From assembly GCA_963846365.1 (NCBI GenBank), contig CAWJVN010000007.1, forward strand, positions 1,704,133-1,768,132: a stretch of 64,000 nt of DNA. The letters run 5' to 3'. Numbering within the stretch: position 1 is the first letter of the stretch; each line of letters opens with the position of its first letter. Below the pieces are notes generated by a model, which saw only the letters and a program-made list of their open reading frames with translations, was not told the origin of the DNA and did no database searches. This document shows positions 54,201 through 63,075 of the stretch, in pieces. Origin of the DNA: an uncultured Chloroflexia bacterium (lineage in GTDB: Bacteria; Chloroflexota; Dormibacteria; Aeolococcales; Aeolococcaceae). The position numbers and the translations under genes are program-made.

Positions 54201-54225
54201 AGGCGGTGGAGGGCCACGCCTCAGG

Positions 54226-54585
54226 TCAGGGCATGCGGCCCAGCGCGGAGTTCAACCGCGCCATCGCCTCGGCCCTGCGCCGCTTCTCGGGATCCATCTC
54301 CTCGGGCTTCCGCGGCGCGCCCGGCTCGGACCCCGGTGCCGGTGACGGTGCCGCCGAGGGGCCGGCTGCCCACTCGCCGAGGTTGGGCCCGGTGCCGGGG
54401 GCGGGCTCGGTGAAGTCGCGGGGCTCGCGCAGGTTGCTGACCGGATTGCTGGCGTGGTCCATGCAGTCCTGCTCCGCATCCGTGCGATCACGTCGCGGGG
54501 AGCCGTTGTAGCAGTTCGGGCACATCGCCACGAACAGGCGATTGCCGAGCGCGTCCTTGATCTCGGCGATCCTGGGCTTGTGCAT
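54226..54585 (-). CDS. hypothetical protein (119 aa)
   Basis: MHKPRIAEIKDALGNRLFVAMCPNCYNGSPRRDRTDAEQDCMDHASNP... with a CxxC and a low-complexity tail. The start is uncertain. Confidence 0.4.
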   Translation of the reverse strand: MHKPRIAEIKDALGNRLFVAMCPNCYNGSPRRDRTDAEQDCMDHASNPVSNLREPRDFTEPAPGTGPNLGEWAAGPSAAPSPAPGSEPGAPRKPEEMDPEKRRRAEAMARLNSALGRMP

Positions 54586-54753
54586 GGACAGCGGCTCCTC
54601 GTCGGGCAGGGACCCATTCGCGTCGCCCGCGCCCGGTCTGCGTGCCAGGTCCCGTGGATGCAGGGAGCGTCGACCCATCCTACCTCTCCCTGTCAAAGGA
54701 GAGAGGGGCGGAACCCCGTGGTGCCGCCCCTCTGCCGGTGTGTGAGACTGGGG

Positions 54754-55875
54754 TCAGTGCGTGTCGAAGTACTCTGTCGAGCTCAGGATGGAGGCGATGA
54801 TGTTCTCGTCGCTCGCGCCGCTGAGCAGCAGGTTGGACCAGTAGGGGCCGCCGCCGGGGTTCTCGGCGGCCCGGTGCAGGATCTGGTGGTAGACGGTGTC
54901 CACGAGGAAGCCACGTCCCTCGGGGCTGAAGAGGAACTGCGACGCGATCACGGCCGCGTTGTAGTGGGAGTTCCAGTAGGCGGTGCCGGCGGTGTCGGAG
55001 GCACCTCCGTCAGTGCGCGGGAGCAGGTCGTTGTACAGGGACCTGATGGCCTCCGCGGCGGTTCCCTTGCCGACCAGCGCGCTGCTGAAGTACTCGGGCG
55101 ATCCCGCGAAGTTGAGGCGAACCTGCTCGAAGGTGAGCTGGGCTCCGCCGATCCCGGACATCCGGCCGACCCAGTAGTCGGCCCCCGCCGAGTCGAAGCT
55201 GCGGTCGAGGTAGAGGTTGTAGAAGTCGACGCTGCTTCCGCTGTTCAGGTTGCCGCTGATCACGTTCCTCCGGTACTCGGGGAGCGCGGCCAGGGCGCTC
55301 GCCAGCGCGGAGCGCGGGACGCTGTGGTTGCTGATCTGGTCGATCCAGTAGGCGACGCCACCGGTGTCGCCGGGGTGGCCGAGCATGGTGATGTACGCGG
55401 CGTCGACATAGCTCGCGTTCGTCCCCATGACGTCCTGGTCGAGCTTCCCCGAGGAGGCCGTCGTCGTGCCGGTGGCGGTTGGGGTGAAGGCGGCGGTGAG
55501 CGGGTGCCGACCGCTTGCCGTCTTGGCGAAGGTGCCGGTGATGGTGGCGGTCCCGGGCGTGCCCGCGGTCGTGCCCGCCGCCACGGGAGTCGGTGTCGGG
55601 GTCCCCACAACCGTGGTGCCGTCCATGAAGACCACGCTGCCGGCCGGCACCGTCGACGTGGCCGGAACCGGAGTGATGGTCGCGGTGAGGGTCACCGGCG
55701 TGGTGGACGACGTGGGATTGGTCGAGGTGGTCAGCGTGGTCGTGGTCGTGGTGGCCACGACGGCCTGTGCGTGCCAGGTGCCGGCACCGATGCCGAGGGC
55801 CACGAGGGAGGCGATGGCGACCGTGCTGCCGAGGCGGTGCCTCGATCGCACGGAGGTCGCGTTGGGTCTGGTCAT
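54754..55875 (-). CDS. secreted protein with a Thr-rich Ig-like region and DUF4214 repeats
   Basis: GAGGAGA lies before the ATG. TM/signal segment LGSTVAIASLVALGIGAG, then VVFMDGTTVVGT...TAAFTPT (Ig-like), then DUF4214-type repeats YVDAAYITMLGHPGDTGGVAYWIDQI, FYNLYLDRSFDSAGADYWVGRM and LYNDLLPRTDGGASDTAGTAYW. Confidence 0.75.
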   Translation of the reverse strand: MTRPNATSVRSRHRLGSTVAIASLVALGIGAGTWHAQAVVATTTTTTLTTSTNPTSSTTPVTLTATITPVPATSTVPAGSVVFMDGTTVVGTPTPTPVAAGTTAGTPGTATITGTFAKTASGRHPLTAAFTPTATGTTTASSGKLDQDVMGTNASYVDAAYITMLGHPGDTGGVAYWIDQISNHSVPRSALASALAALPEYRRNVISGNLNSGSSVDFYNLYLDRSFDSAGADYWVGRMSGIGGAQLTFEQVRLNFAGSPEYFSSALVGKGTAAEAIRSLYNDLLPRTDGGASDTAGTAYWNSHYNAAVIASQFLFSPEGRGFLVDTVYHQILHRAAENPGGGPYWSNLLLSGASDENIIASILSSTEYFDTH

Positions 55876-56177
55876 GTGTCTCCTCGAGAGGTGCGCGCGC
55901 CGTCGGCGCACGGGGCTGCGACAGCGCGCGTCCGCCGCGAGCGTCGCAGTGCGGGCACTGCATGCCCATTCGGCAGCTTCGATGCCGAACTGGTCGGGCC
56001 TCTCAATGGGCCCCGTGGATCGGCCGGCTCAACCGGCCCATCGAGTTCGCAACGTATTGTATCAGATTTGTAGGATTTGCGACGCCATACCCGAAACGGA
56101 AAGTATCAAGACATGCTGAACCCCTGGTATCATAAAGTGTCCGGGCCTCGCTGCCCGACCCAGACTTCATGGAGTGG

Positions 56178-56259
56178 GGCTGTGGAACTGCTGCTGATCA
56201 TCATCGTGCTTCTCCTCCTCTTCGGCGGAGGCGGTTTCTACTGGAGAGGCCGGCGCTGA
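56178..56259 (+). CDS. tiny hydrophobic peptide (26 aa), tentative
   Basis: GTG-ELLLIIIVLLLLFGGGGFYWRGRR-stop resembles widespread tiny membrane peptides. No clear RBS. Confidence 0.3.
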
Positions 56260-56512
56260 GAACGGGCGCGGCGGCGGGATCGCAGGTCTCGCCGCCGCTC
56301 CACCCGTTCGCCGAGGCCGGATCGCGCCCGACCACCCTCCGGCTCGACGCCGTCGAGGGGGGGCCGGCGGCGCGTCCGTAGCCGGGGGCAACTCCACCGG
56401 ACCCCACACCCGGGGCGAGAACGCGGGATTCACCTGGGGCGCTCCGCGCCGGACACTGCGCTGCGCACGGGCCGCCGGCACCCTGCCGTGGTCGGGACAG
56501 AGGAGACCAGCG

Positions 56513-57622
56513 ATGAAAGTCGACGCGGCGCTGCTGCGCGGCCTCAACGAGCCGTGGAGCGTCGAGGAGGTCGATCTCGACGGTCCCTCCGAGGGCGAGG
56601 TGCTGGTGCGGGTGCGGAGCACCGGGCTGTGCCGCACCTCCGACCACCTGGGCACCGGCGTGGTGCCCTTCCCCTACCCGGCGGTGGGCGGTCACGAGGC
56701 CGCGGGGGTGGTCGAGGAGGTGGGCTCGGGGGTCACCGGGCTCGACGCCGGCGACCACGTGGTGCTGCTCTGGGAGCCGGCCTGCGGCAAATGCCGCTGG
56801 TGCGTGCGCGGCCACACCAACCTCTGCGACCTGGGCGCGAACATCGTCCTCGGACCGCAGCTCGACGGCACCTGCCGCTTCCACTCCGGCGACGAGGACG
56901 TCAACCAGGAGTTCCTCATCGGCGCCTTCGCGCCCTACACCACGGTGCCGGCGGCGTCCCTGGTGCGCATCGACGAGGACATCCCGCTCGAGATCGCCGG
57001 GCTGTTCGGCTGCAGCGTCACCTGCGGCTGGGGCTCGGCGGTGCGCACCGCCGGGGTCGAGCCCGGCGACACCGTGGTGGTGATGGGCGTCGGCGGGGTC
57101 GGCTCCAACGCGGTGCAGGGCGCACGCTGCGCCGGCGCCCAGCACATCATCGCCATCGACCCCGTGCCCCTGAAGCGCGAGAACGCCGAGCGCCTCGGGG
57201 CCACCCATGTCGCCGCCGACGCCGACGAGGCCTGGGAGCTGGTGAGCGAGCTCACCCGTGGCCAGCGCGCCGACAAGGCGATCATCTGCACCAACGTCTG
57301 CGAGACCGAGTACGTGACCCAGGCGCTGTCGATGGTGGGCAAGCGGGGCCGGGTGGTCATGACCGGCATCCCCCGGCCCGAGGACAACCCCATCGACATG
57401 CCGCTCTTCGAGATGCTGATGTACGAGAAGAACCTGTGCGGGCACATGTTCGGCTCCACCAACCCGCAGGCCGACATCCCGATGCTCATCGACATGTACC
57501 GGCGCGGACAGCTGGTCGTCGACGACCTGATCACCCGCACCTACCCGCTGAACGAGATCAACCAGGGCTATGCGGACCTGAACAACGGGCTGAACATCCG
57601 CGGCATGGTGACCTTCGACTGA
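56513..57622 (+). CDS. zinc-dependent alcohol dehydrogenase (class III / NDMA-dependent-like)
   Basis: EVLVRVRSTGLCRTSDH...PAVGGHEAAGVVEEVG...CGKCRWCVRGHTNLC...VVVMGVGGVGSNAVQGA. Confidence 0.9.
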   Translation: MKVDAALLRGLNEPWSVEEVDLDGPSEGEVLVRVRSTGLCRTSDHLGTGVVPFPYPAVGGHEAAGVVEEVGSGVTGLDAGDHVVLLWEPACGKCRWCVRGHTNLCDLGANIVLGPQLDGTCRFHSGDEDVNQEFLIGAFAPYTTVPAASLVRIDEDIPLEIAGLFGCSVTCGWGSAVRTAGVEPGDTVVVMGVGGVGSNAVQGARCAGAQHIIAIDPVPLKRENAERLGATHVAADADEAWELVSELTRGQRADKAIICTNVCETEYVTQALSMVGKRGRVVMTGIPRPEDNPIDMPLFEMLMYEKNLCGHMFGSTNPQADIPMLIDMYRRGQLVVDDLITRTYPLNEINQGYADLNNGLNIRGMVTFD

Positions 57623-57716
57623 CCGGTGACCGCGGTGATCACACTCGCGGCGGCGATGCACTCGCACGGCTAAACTCCACCCGCGGGGGGGCCCGCAGGG
57701 GAGGAGGAGACCGCCG

Positions 57717-59723
57717 ATGCCGACACGCATCGCCGCCCGGCGGCGGCTGGTCTGCGCGATCGTCGCGCTGCTCGTGCTCGGCGCCGCCGTGCCCGCGGCC
57801 GCGGTCCAGGGCCACGCCGTCCCCGGCGCCTGGCAGCCGGGACCGCCGGCCTACGGGGTGGGCCTGACCTCGAACCTGCCGGTGACCATGGCCGACGGCA
57901 CCGTGCTCCGCGCCGACGTGTACTTCCCCACCGACCGGGGCGGGACGGCGCCGGCCCCGGGCACGTTCCCCGTCCTCCTGGTCCAGACCCCCTACGGCAA
58001 GTCGCTGAGCGGCGGCGCCCAGGCGGCGCAGCAGGCCGGCGGCCTCAGCCAGGGCCTGTCCTCGTACCTGGTCGAGCGCGGCTACATCGACGTCGTCGCC
58101 GACGTTCGTGGCACCGGCGCCTCCGAGGGCACCTGGGGACTCTTCGACCCGGTCCAGCAGCAGGACGGCGCCGCCCTGGTGCGCTGGGCGGCGGCGCTGC
58201 CCCACTCCGACGGGAGGGTCGGCACCTACGGCCCCTCCTACCTCGGCATCGACCAGCTGCTCACCGCCAACGCGCTCGGTCCCGGCTCGCCGCTGAAGGC
58301 GATGTTCCCGATCATCGCCGGCAACGACCTGTACCGCGACACCGTCACCATGGGCGGCCTGCCCGTCGACGAGTTCAACCTCCCCTACATGGTGATGACC
58401 GGCGGGCTGCACAGCGTCGACGCGCCGCTCGAGAACTCGCAGGACCCGGTCGGCTCGCTGCGGGTGGTCGCCGCCCACGACCAGGGCCTGCTCTCGCTCC
58501 AGGCCCGCCTGATGCTCTCCACCCTCACCGGCGGCCCGGAGGCGTACGACGGCGCCTACTGGCAGGAGCGGCGGCCGCAGCGGTGGCTCGCCCACGTCGC
58601 CGCGCTGGGCATCCCCACCTTCCTGGTCGGCGGCTGGTTCGACCTCTTCCAGCGCGGCCAGCCGCTCAACTACTCGGGACTGCAGAACGCCGCGGCGGGA
58701 CGCCCGGTGGAGGCGCCGATGGTCGCGGGGCAGGCGGTCTCGGGCCGCTACCAGCTGTTGATGGGTCCCTGGTACCACCTCGACGCCGGCAGCGGGATCG
58801 ACCTGCCGAAGATCGAGCTGCAGTGGTTCGACCGCTGGCTGAAGGGGGTCGACACCGGCATCGACCGGACCACCACCCCGCTTCACCTCTTCCAGCTGGG
58901 CTCGCAGCGCTGGCTCGACGCCTCCCGCTACCCGTTCGAGGGGCTGAATCCCACCACCTACTATTTCGGCGCCGCGCAGGGCGCCGGGGCACCGTCCGCG
59001 AACGACGGCAGCCTCGGTCCGAACCGGCCCACCGCGCCCAGTGGCGCCGACGAGACCGCCTGGACGGGGGTGAGCAGCCCCTGCAGCCGGCAGACCGACC
59101 AGTGGTCGGCGGGCGCGATCAGCGCGACGCTGGAGGGCGTGCGCGCGCCCGGCAGCAACCCCTGCGACCGCGACGACCGCAGCATCCAGAGCGGCCCCGG
59201 GGCGCTGACGTACACCACCGCACCCTTCACCGGGAACACCGTGATCGGCGGCCCCGTCGACGTCACCGTGTTCGCCACCTCGACCCGGCCGGAGGTCGAG
59301 CTGGTCGCCACCCTCGAGGACGTCGCCCCCTCCGGGGCGTCGACACCGCTGACCAGCGGGGCGCTGCTCGGCTCGCTGAGAGCCCTCGACCCCGCCCGGA
59401 GCTGGTTCGCGCCCGACGGCAGGCCGCTGCTCCCGTACCACCCCTACACCAGGGAGTCGGCGCAGGCGGTGCCGGTCGGCGCGGTGACCCGGTACGACAT
59501 CGAGGTGTTCCCCACCTTCGCGCGGCTGGGGGCGGGGCATCGTCTCCGGGTGACCCTCACCACCTCCGACACCCCGCACCTGCTCCCCGGCCCGCAGCAG
59601 CTGGCCGGACTCGCCGGCGGTGTGTACGCGGTGCAGCGCAGCGCCGCCGCCGCGTCGTTCATCGAGGTTCCCCTGGTGGCGGCGCCGGACGAGCGGCTGC
59701 TGCGCTGGGGGACGGGTGGGTGA
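57717..59723 (+). CDS. CocE/NonD-family hydrolase (S15 X-Pro dipeptidyl-peptidase-like), secreted
   Basis: Signal peptide, then LPVTMADGTVLRADVYFP, LVQTPYGK, VVADVRGTGASEG, GTYGPSYLG (nucleophile elbow), and a C-terminal beta-sandwich. Confidence 0.85.
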   Translation: MPTRIAARRRLVCAIVALLVLGAAVPAAAVQGHAVPGAWQPGPPAYGVGLTSNLPVTMADGTVLRADVYFPTDRGGTAPAPGTFPVLLVQTPYGKSLSGGAQAAQQAGGLSQGLSSYLVERGYIDVVADVRGTGASEGTWGLFDPVQQQDGAALVRWAAALPHSDGRVGTYGPSYLGIDQLLTANALGPGSPLKAMFPIIAGNDLYRDTVTMGGLPVDEFNLPYMVMTGGLHSVDAPLENSQDPVGSLRVVAAHDQGLLSLQARLMLSTLTGGPEAYDGAYWQERRPQRWLAHVAALGIPTFLVGGWFDLFQRGQPLNYSGLQNAAAGRPVEAPMVAGQAVSGRYQLLMGPWYHLDAGSGIDLPKIELQWFDRWLKGVDTGIDRTTTPLHLFQLGSQRWLDASRYPFEGLNPTTYYFGAAQGAGAPSANDGSLGPNRPTAPSGADETAWTGVSSPCSRQTDQWSAGAISATLEGVRAPGSNPCDRDDRSIQSGPGALTYTTAPFTGNTVIGGPVDVTVFATSTRPEVELVATLEDVAPSGASTPLTSGALLGSLRALDPARSWFAPDGRPLLPYHPYTRESAQAVPVGAVTRYDIEVFPTFARLGAGHRLRVTLTTSDTPHLLPGPQQLAGLAGGVYAVQRSAAAASFIEVPLVAAPDERLLRWGTGG

Positions 59724-60619
59724 CGGGATCGCCGACCACGCTGCTCACCGGGGGCGGCTTCTTCGAGGGCCCGCGCTGGCGCGACGGCCGCTGGTGGGTC
59801 TCGGACTTCTACCGCCACGCCGTGCTCACGGTGACCGCGGACGGCGCCGAGGAGCGGATCCTCGAGGTCGCCGGCCAGCCGTCGGGGCTCGGCTGGATGC
59901 CCGACGGCTCGATGCTCGTGGTCTCGATGCGCGACAACCGGGTGCTGCGGCGCACCCCGTCCGGCGAGGTCACCGTCCACGCCGACCTCGGCGCTGAGTG
60001 CGGCGGCCTCCTCAACGACATGGTGGTCGACGGCGAGGGCCGCGCCTGGGTGGGCGACTTCGGCTTCGACCTGATGGGCGCCGCCGACCCGCGGACCACC
60101 TCGCTGCTGCGCGTCGACCCCGACGGCGGCGTCGCCGTCGCCGCGGAGCACCTGGCCTTCCCCAACGGCTCGGTGATCACCCCCGACGGCGGCACCCTGA
60201 TCGTCGGCGAGACCCTCGCCTGCCGCTACACCGCGTTCTCGATCGCCGCCGACGGGTCGCTCGGCGACCGCAGGGTGTGGGCGCAGCTCGCCCCCTCGCC
60301 CGAGCTCGGCACGTTCGCCGAGATGCTGCCCCGGGTCACCGTCGCCCCCGACGGCTGCTGCCTCGACGCCGAGGGGCACATCTGGTCGGCCGACGCGGTC
60401 GGCGGGCGCTGCGTCCGGGTGGCACCGGGCGGCGCGGTCGTCGACGAGGTGCGCGCCCCCGCGGGCCTCGGCATCTTCGCCTGCATGCTCGGCGGGGAGG
60501 ACGGCCGCACCCTGCTGCTCTGCAGCGCCCCGGACTACTTCGAGCACCTCCGCCGCCACGCCCGCGAGGCGGTGCTGCTCACCACCACCGTCGAGGTGCC
60601 CCACGCCGGCCTGCCCTGA
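59720..60619 (+). CDS. SMP-30/gluconolactonase/LRE-family protein
   Basis: The GTG overlaps the upstream stop (GTGA). FFEGPRWRDGRWWVSDF...GLGWMPDGSMLVV...LNDMVVDGEGRAWVGDFG...FPNGSVITPDGGTLIVGET. Confidence 0.8.
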   Translation: MTGSPTTLLTGGGFFEGPRWRDGRWWVSDFYRHAVLTVTADGAEERILEVAGQPSGLGWMPDGSMLVVSMRDNRVLRRTPSGEVTVHADLGAECGGLLNDMVVDGEGRAWVGDFGFDLMGAADPRTTSLLRVDPDGGVAVAAEHLAFPNGSVITPDGGTLIVGETLACRYTAFSIAADGSLGDRRVWAQLAPSPELGTFAEMLPRVTVAPDGCCLDAEGHIWSADAVGGRCVRVAPGGAVVDEVRAPAGLGIFACMLGGEDGRTLLLCSAPDYFEHLRRHAREAVLLTTTVEVPHAGLP

Positions 60620-60639
60620 CCGCGGTCAGACGGTGGCGG

Positions 60640-61330
60640 CCGAGCATCGCCCGGTAGGAGGGCAGCTGCCCGTACATGACGAACCCGCGGGCGGCCCGTC
60701 GGCGCGCCTCCTCGACGTCGTCGGTGACGCACACCGGCAGGCCGGCCACCACCCGGGGCGGCGGCTTCCCCGCCTCGGCGGCGGCGGCGGTGATCGAGGG
60801 CACGATGTGCTCGGCGACCGTCCTCACCCCGGTCATCCAGGTGACGGTGCCGTCGGCCACACCCCCGGCGAGTTGCAGCATCCGCGGCGCCAGCGCGGCG
60901 AGCAGCACCGGGCAGGGCGAGGCGCCGGGGATGGTGATGGTCCCGTGGGCCCGCACCCTCTCCCCGTCGACGTCGACGCCCTCCTGCCGCAGCGCGGGCA
61001 GCAGCACCTCGAGGTACTCGCGCATGTGCCGGGCCGGTTTCTCGAAGGAGTGGCCGAACATGCCCTCGATCACGACCCGGTGGGAGAGCCCGATGCCCAG
61101 CGCCAGCCGCCCGCCGGTGGCCAGCTGGGCGGTGAGCGCCTGCTGCGCCATCAGCAGGGGATGGCGAGGATAGGTGGGGATCACCGCGCTGCCCAGCTCG
61201 ATCGCGGGCACCTCACGTCCCATGATCGCCAGGGCGGTGAGGGCGTCGACCCCGACGATGTGCCCCAGCGGCGCCTGCCTCCGGTCAGCTTCGCACTTGC
61301 GAAGCAGAGCGCGCCGGCCCCACCATAGGC
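60640..61330 (-). pseudogene. LLM-class (F420-dependent type) oxidoreductase remnant, truncated at both ends
   Basis: GVDALTALAIMGREVPAIELGSAVIPTYPRHPLLMAQQALTAQLATGGRLALGIGLSH...YGQLPSYRAMLG. The N-terminal roughly 30 aa are out of frame or absent, and the C-terminal region is replaced by read-through into the convergent gene. Confidence 0.6.
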
Positions 61331-61364
61331 GAGGGTGGGTAGGGAGAGGAGCGAAGCCGGACCA

Positions 61365-62597
61365 GTGAGCCTGTTCCAGACGATGATGAGCGGCCTGCAG
61401 GCGGTGGCCTCGCGCCGGATGCGGTCGCTGCTCACCTCGCTGGGCATCCTGATCGGCGTCGGCGCGGTGATCATCACCGTCGGCATCGGCCTCGGCACCC
61501 GCACCAGCATCGCCTCGAACATCAGCCGGCTCGGCACCAACCTGATCACGGTCACGCCGGGCAGCCTCACCACCGGCGGGGTCCGCACCGGGCTGGGCAA
61601 TGCCACCACCCTCACCATGGACGACGCCGCGGCGCTCCAGAACCCCTCGGTCGCCCCCGACGTCGGCGCGGTCGCCCCGGTGGTGTCGCGCCAGACGGCC
61701 ACGATGACCGCCGGCTCCCAGAACTGGACGGCGGGGGTCACCGGGAGCACCGGAGGCTGGCTCGTCGCCAACGCCCGGGTGGTCTCCGACGGCACCTTCT
61801 TCACCGACTCCGACGTGAAGGGCCACGCCCAGGTCGCCGTCCTCGGACCCACCACGGCGGCGAAGCTCTTCCCCGCGGGCGACGCCCTCGGCAACCTCAT
61901 CACCATCCAGCACGTGCCCTTCCGGGTGATCGGGATCCTCGTCCCCCGTGGCGCCCAGGGGCTGTTCAACCCCGACGACCTCGCCGTGGTGCCGGTGACC
62001 ACCGCCCAGGGCGAGCTCATCCAGGGCGGGTCGCTGACCTCGGTGCAGCGCATCCTCATCAGCGCCACCAGCCGCGACGCCATCGGGCCCGCGTATCAGG
62101 AGGTCAACGACCTGCTGATGCAGACCCACCGCATCAGCGACCCCAGCCAGGCCGACTTCACCATCACCACCCAGGAGTCGATCCTGGCGACCCTCAACTC
62201 CACGAGCACGGCGATCACCCTGCTGCTCGCCGGGGTGGCGGGGATCTCGCTGCTGGTGGGCGGCATCGGGGTGATGAACATCATGCTGGTGTCGGTGACC
62301 GAGCGGATCTCGGAGATCGGGCTGCGCAAGGCCCTGGGCGCCACCCGTGGCGACATCCTCCGCCAGTTCCTCATCGAGGCCTCGGCGCTGAGCGCCGCCG
62401 GCGGGGTGCTCGGCATCGGGCTCGGCGCCGGCTCGACGTTCCTGCTCAACCACTTCACGTCGCTGCTCGCGGTCTTCTCGCCCTCGGCGGCGCTGATCGC
62501 GCTGTTCATCGCCGCCGGCATCGGCCTGGTCTTCGGGGTGTTCCCGGCGATGCGGGCGGCACGGCTGGCGCCGATCGAGGCGCTGCGCGCCGCGTAG
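61365..62597 (+). CDS. ABC-transporter permease (MacB_PCD + FtsX domains), with no cognate ATPase gene upstream
   Basis: LQAVASRRMRSLLTSLGILIGVGAVIITVGIG...periplasmic domain...GGIGVMNIMLVSVTERISEIGLRKALGATRGDILRQFLIEA. The start is uncertain between GTG 61365 and ATG 61383. Confidence 0.85.
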   Translation: MSLFQTMMSGLQAVASRRMRSLLTSLGILIGVGAVIITVGIGLGTRTSIASNISRLGTNLITVTPGSLTTGGVRTGLGNATTLTMDDAAALQNPSVAPDVGAVAPVVSRQTATMTAGSQNWTAGVTGSTGGWLVANARVVSDGTFFTDSDVKGHAQVAVLGPTTAAKLFPAGDALGNLITIQHVPFRVIGILVPRGAQGLFNPDDLAVVPVTTAQGELIQGGSLTSVQRILISATSRDAIGPAYQEVNDLLMQTHRISDPSQADFTITTQESILATLNSTSTAITLLLAGVAGISLLVGGIGVMNIMLVSVTERISEIGLRKALGATRGDILRQFLIEASALSAAGGVLGIGLGAGSTFLLNHFTSLLAVFSPSAALIALFIAAGIGLVFGVFPAMRAARLAPIEALRAA

Positions 62598-62600
62598 CGG

Positions 62601-62888
62601 CTACAGCCAGACGTCCCGCACCGCCTCGCAGAGCAGGCCGGAGGTGAGCAGGACGATCCCCACGCCGAGCTGCTGGTTGTTGTCGTAGGCGAGGGCGAGG
62701 GCGATGAAGGCGATGCCGAGCACGATGGGCGCGACGATCAGGATGGCGACGCCGCTCACCCCGAGCACCACGCCGAGCAGGGTGAGGCTGCCCGGCCCAC
62801 CCCGGTGCGCGCGCCGCAGCGAGGCGCCGGCGCGCATCGCCGCGATCCCGATGCCGACCAGCAGCAGCAGCAGCGGCCACGCAGACAT
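62601..62888 (-). CDS. small membrane protein (95 aa)
   Basis: GGAGGG lies before the ATG. Helices: AWPLLLLLVGIGIAAM, LTLLGVVLGVSGVAILIVAPIVLGIAFIALALA, GVGIVLLTSGLL. Confidence 0.5.
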   Translation of the reverse strand: MSAWPLLLLLVGIGIAAMRAGASLRRAHRGGPGSLTLLGVVLGVSGVAILIVAPIVLGIAFIALALAYDNNQQLGVGIVLLTSGLLCEAVRDVWL

Positions 62889-63075
62889 GCTCCCGCCCTC
62901 CTCCCGCTCCGCGGGTGCTATGAAGTCTACGCGCTGCCGGGAGGCCCGCCAGGGTGCTCCCCAGCCTTGACGATGCGCGCGACGGTCACCCGATGGGAGA
63001 ATCTGACGATCCCGAACGGCCGCCGCCGAGGGAAGGGAGGCGGGGCGGCGTTCACCCCCCAGGAGCAGCTCACAC

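Noticed and set aside
54495-54503. Single additional TGTAGCA heptamer
   Set aside because: It is an isolated copy inside a coding region, without the 12-nt paired arrangement, and is consistent with chance.
56201-59579. 509-aa and 646-aa minus-strand ORFs (56201-57730 and 57639-59579)
   Set aside because: They are antisense shadows of the alcohol dehydrogenase and CocE/NonD genes, which carry clear catalytic motifs on the plus strand.
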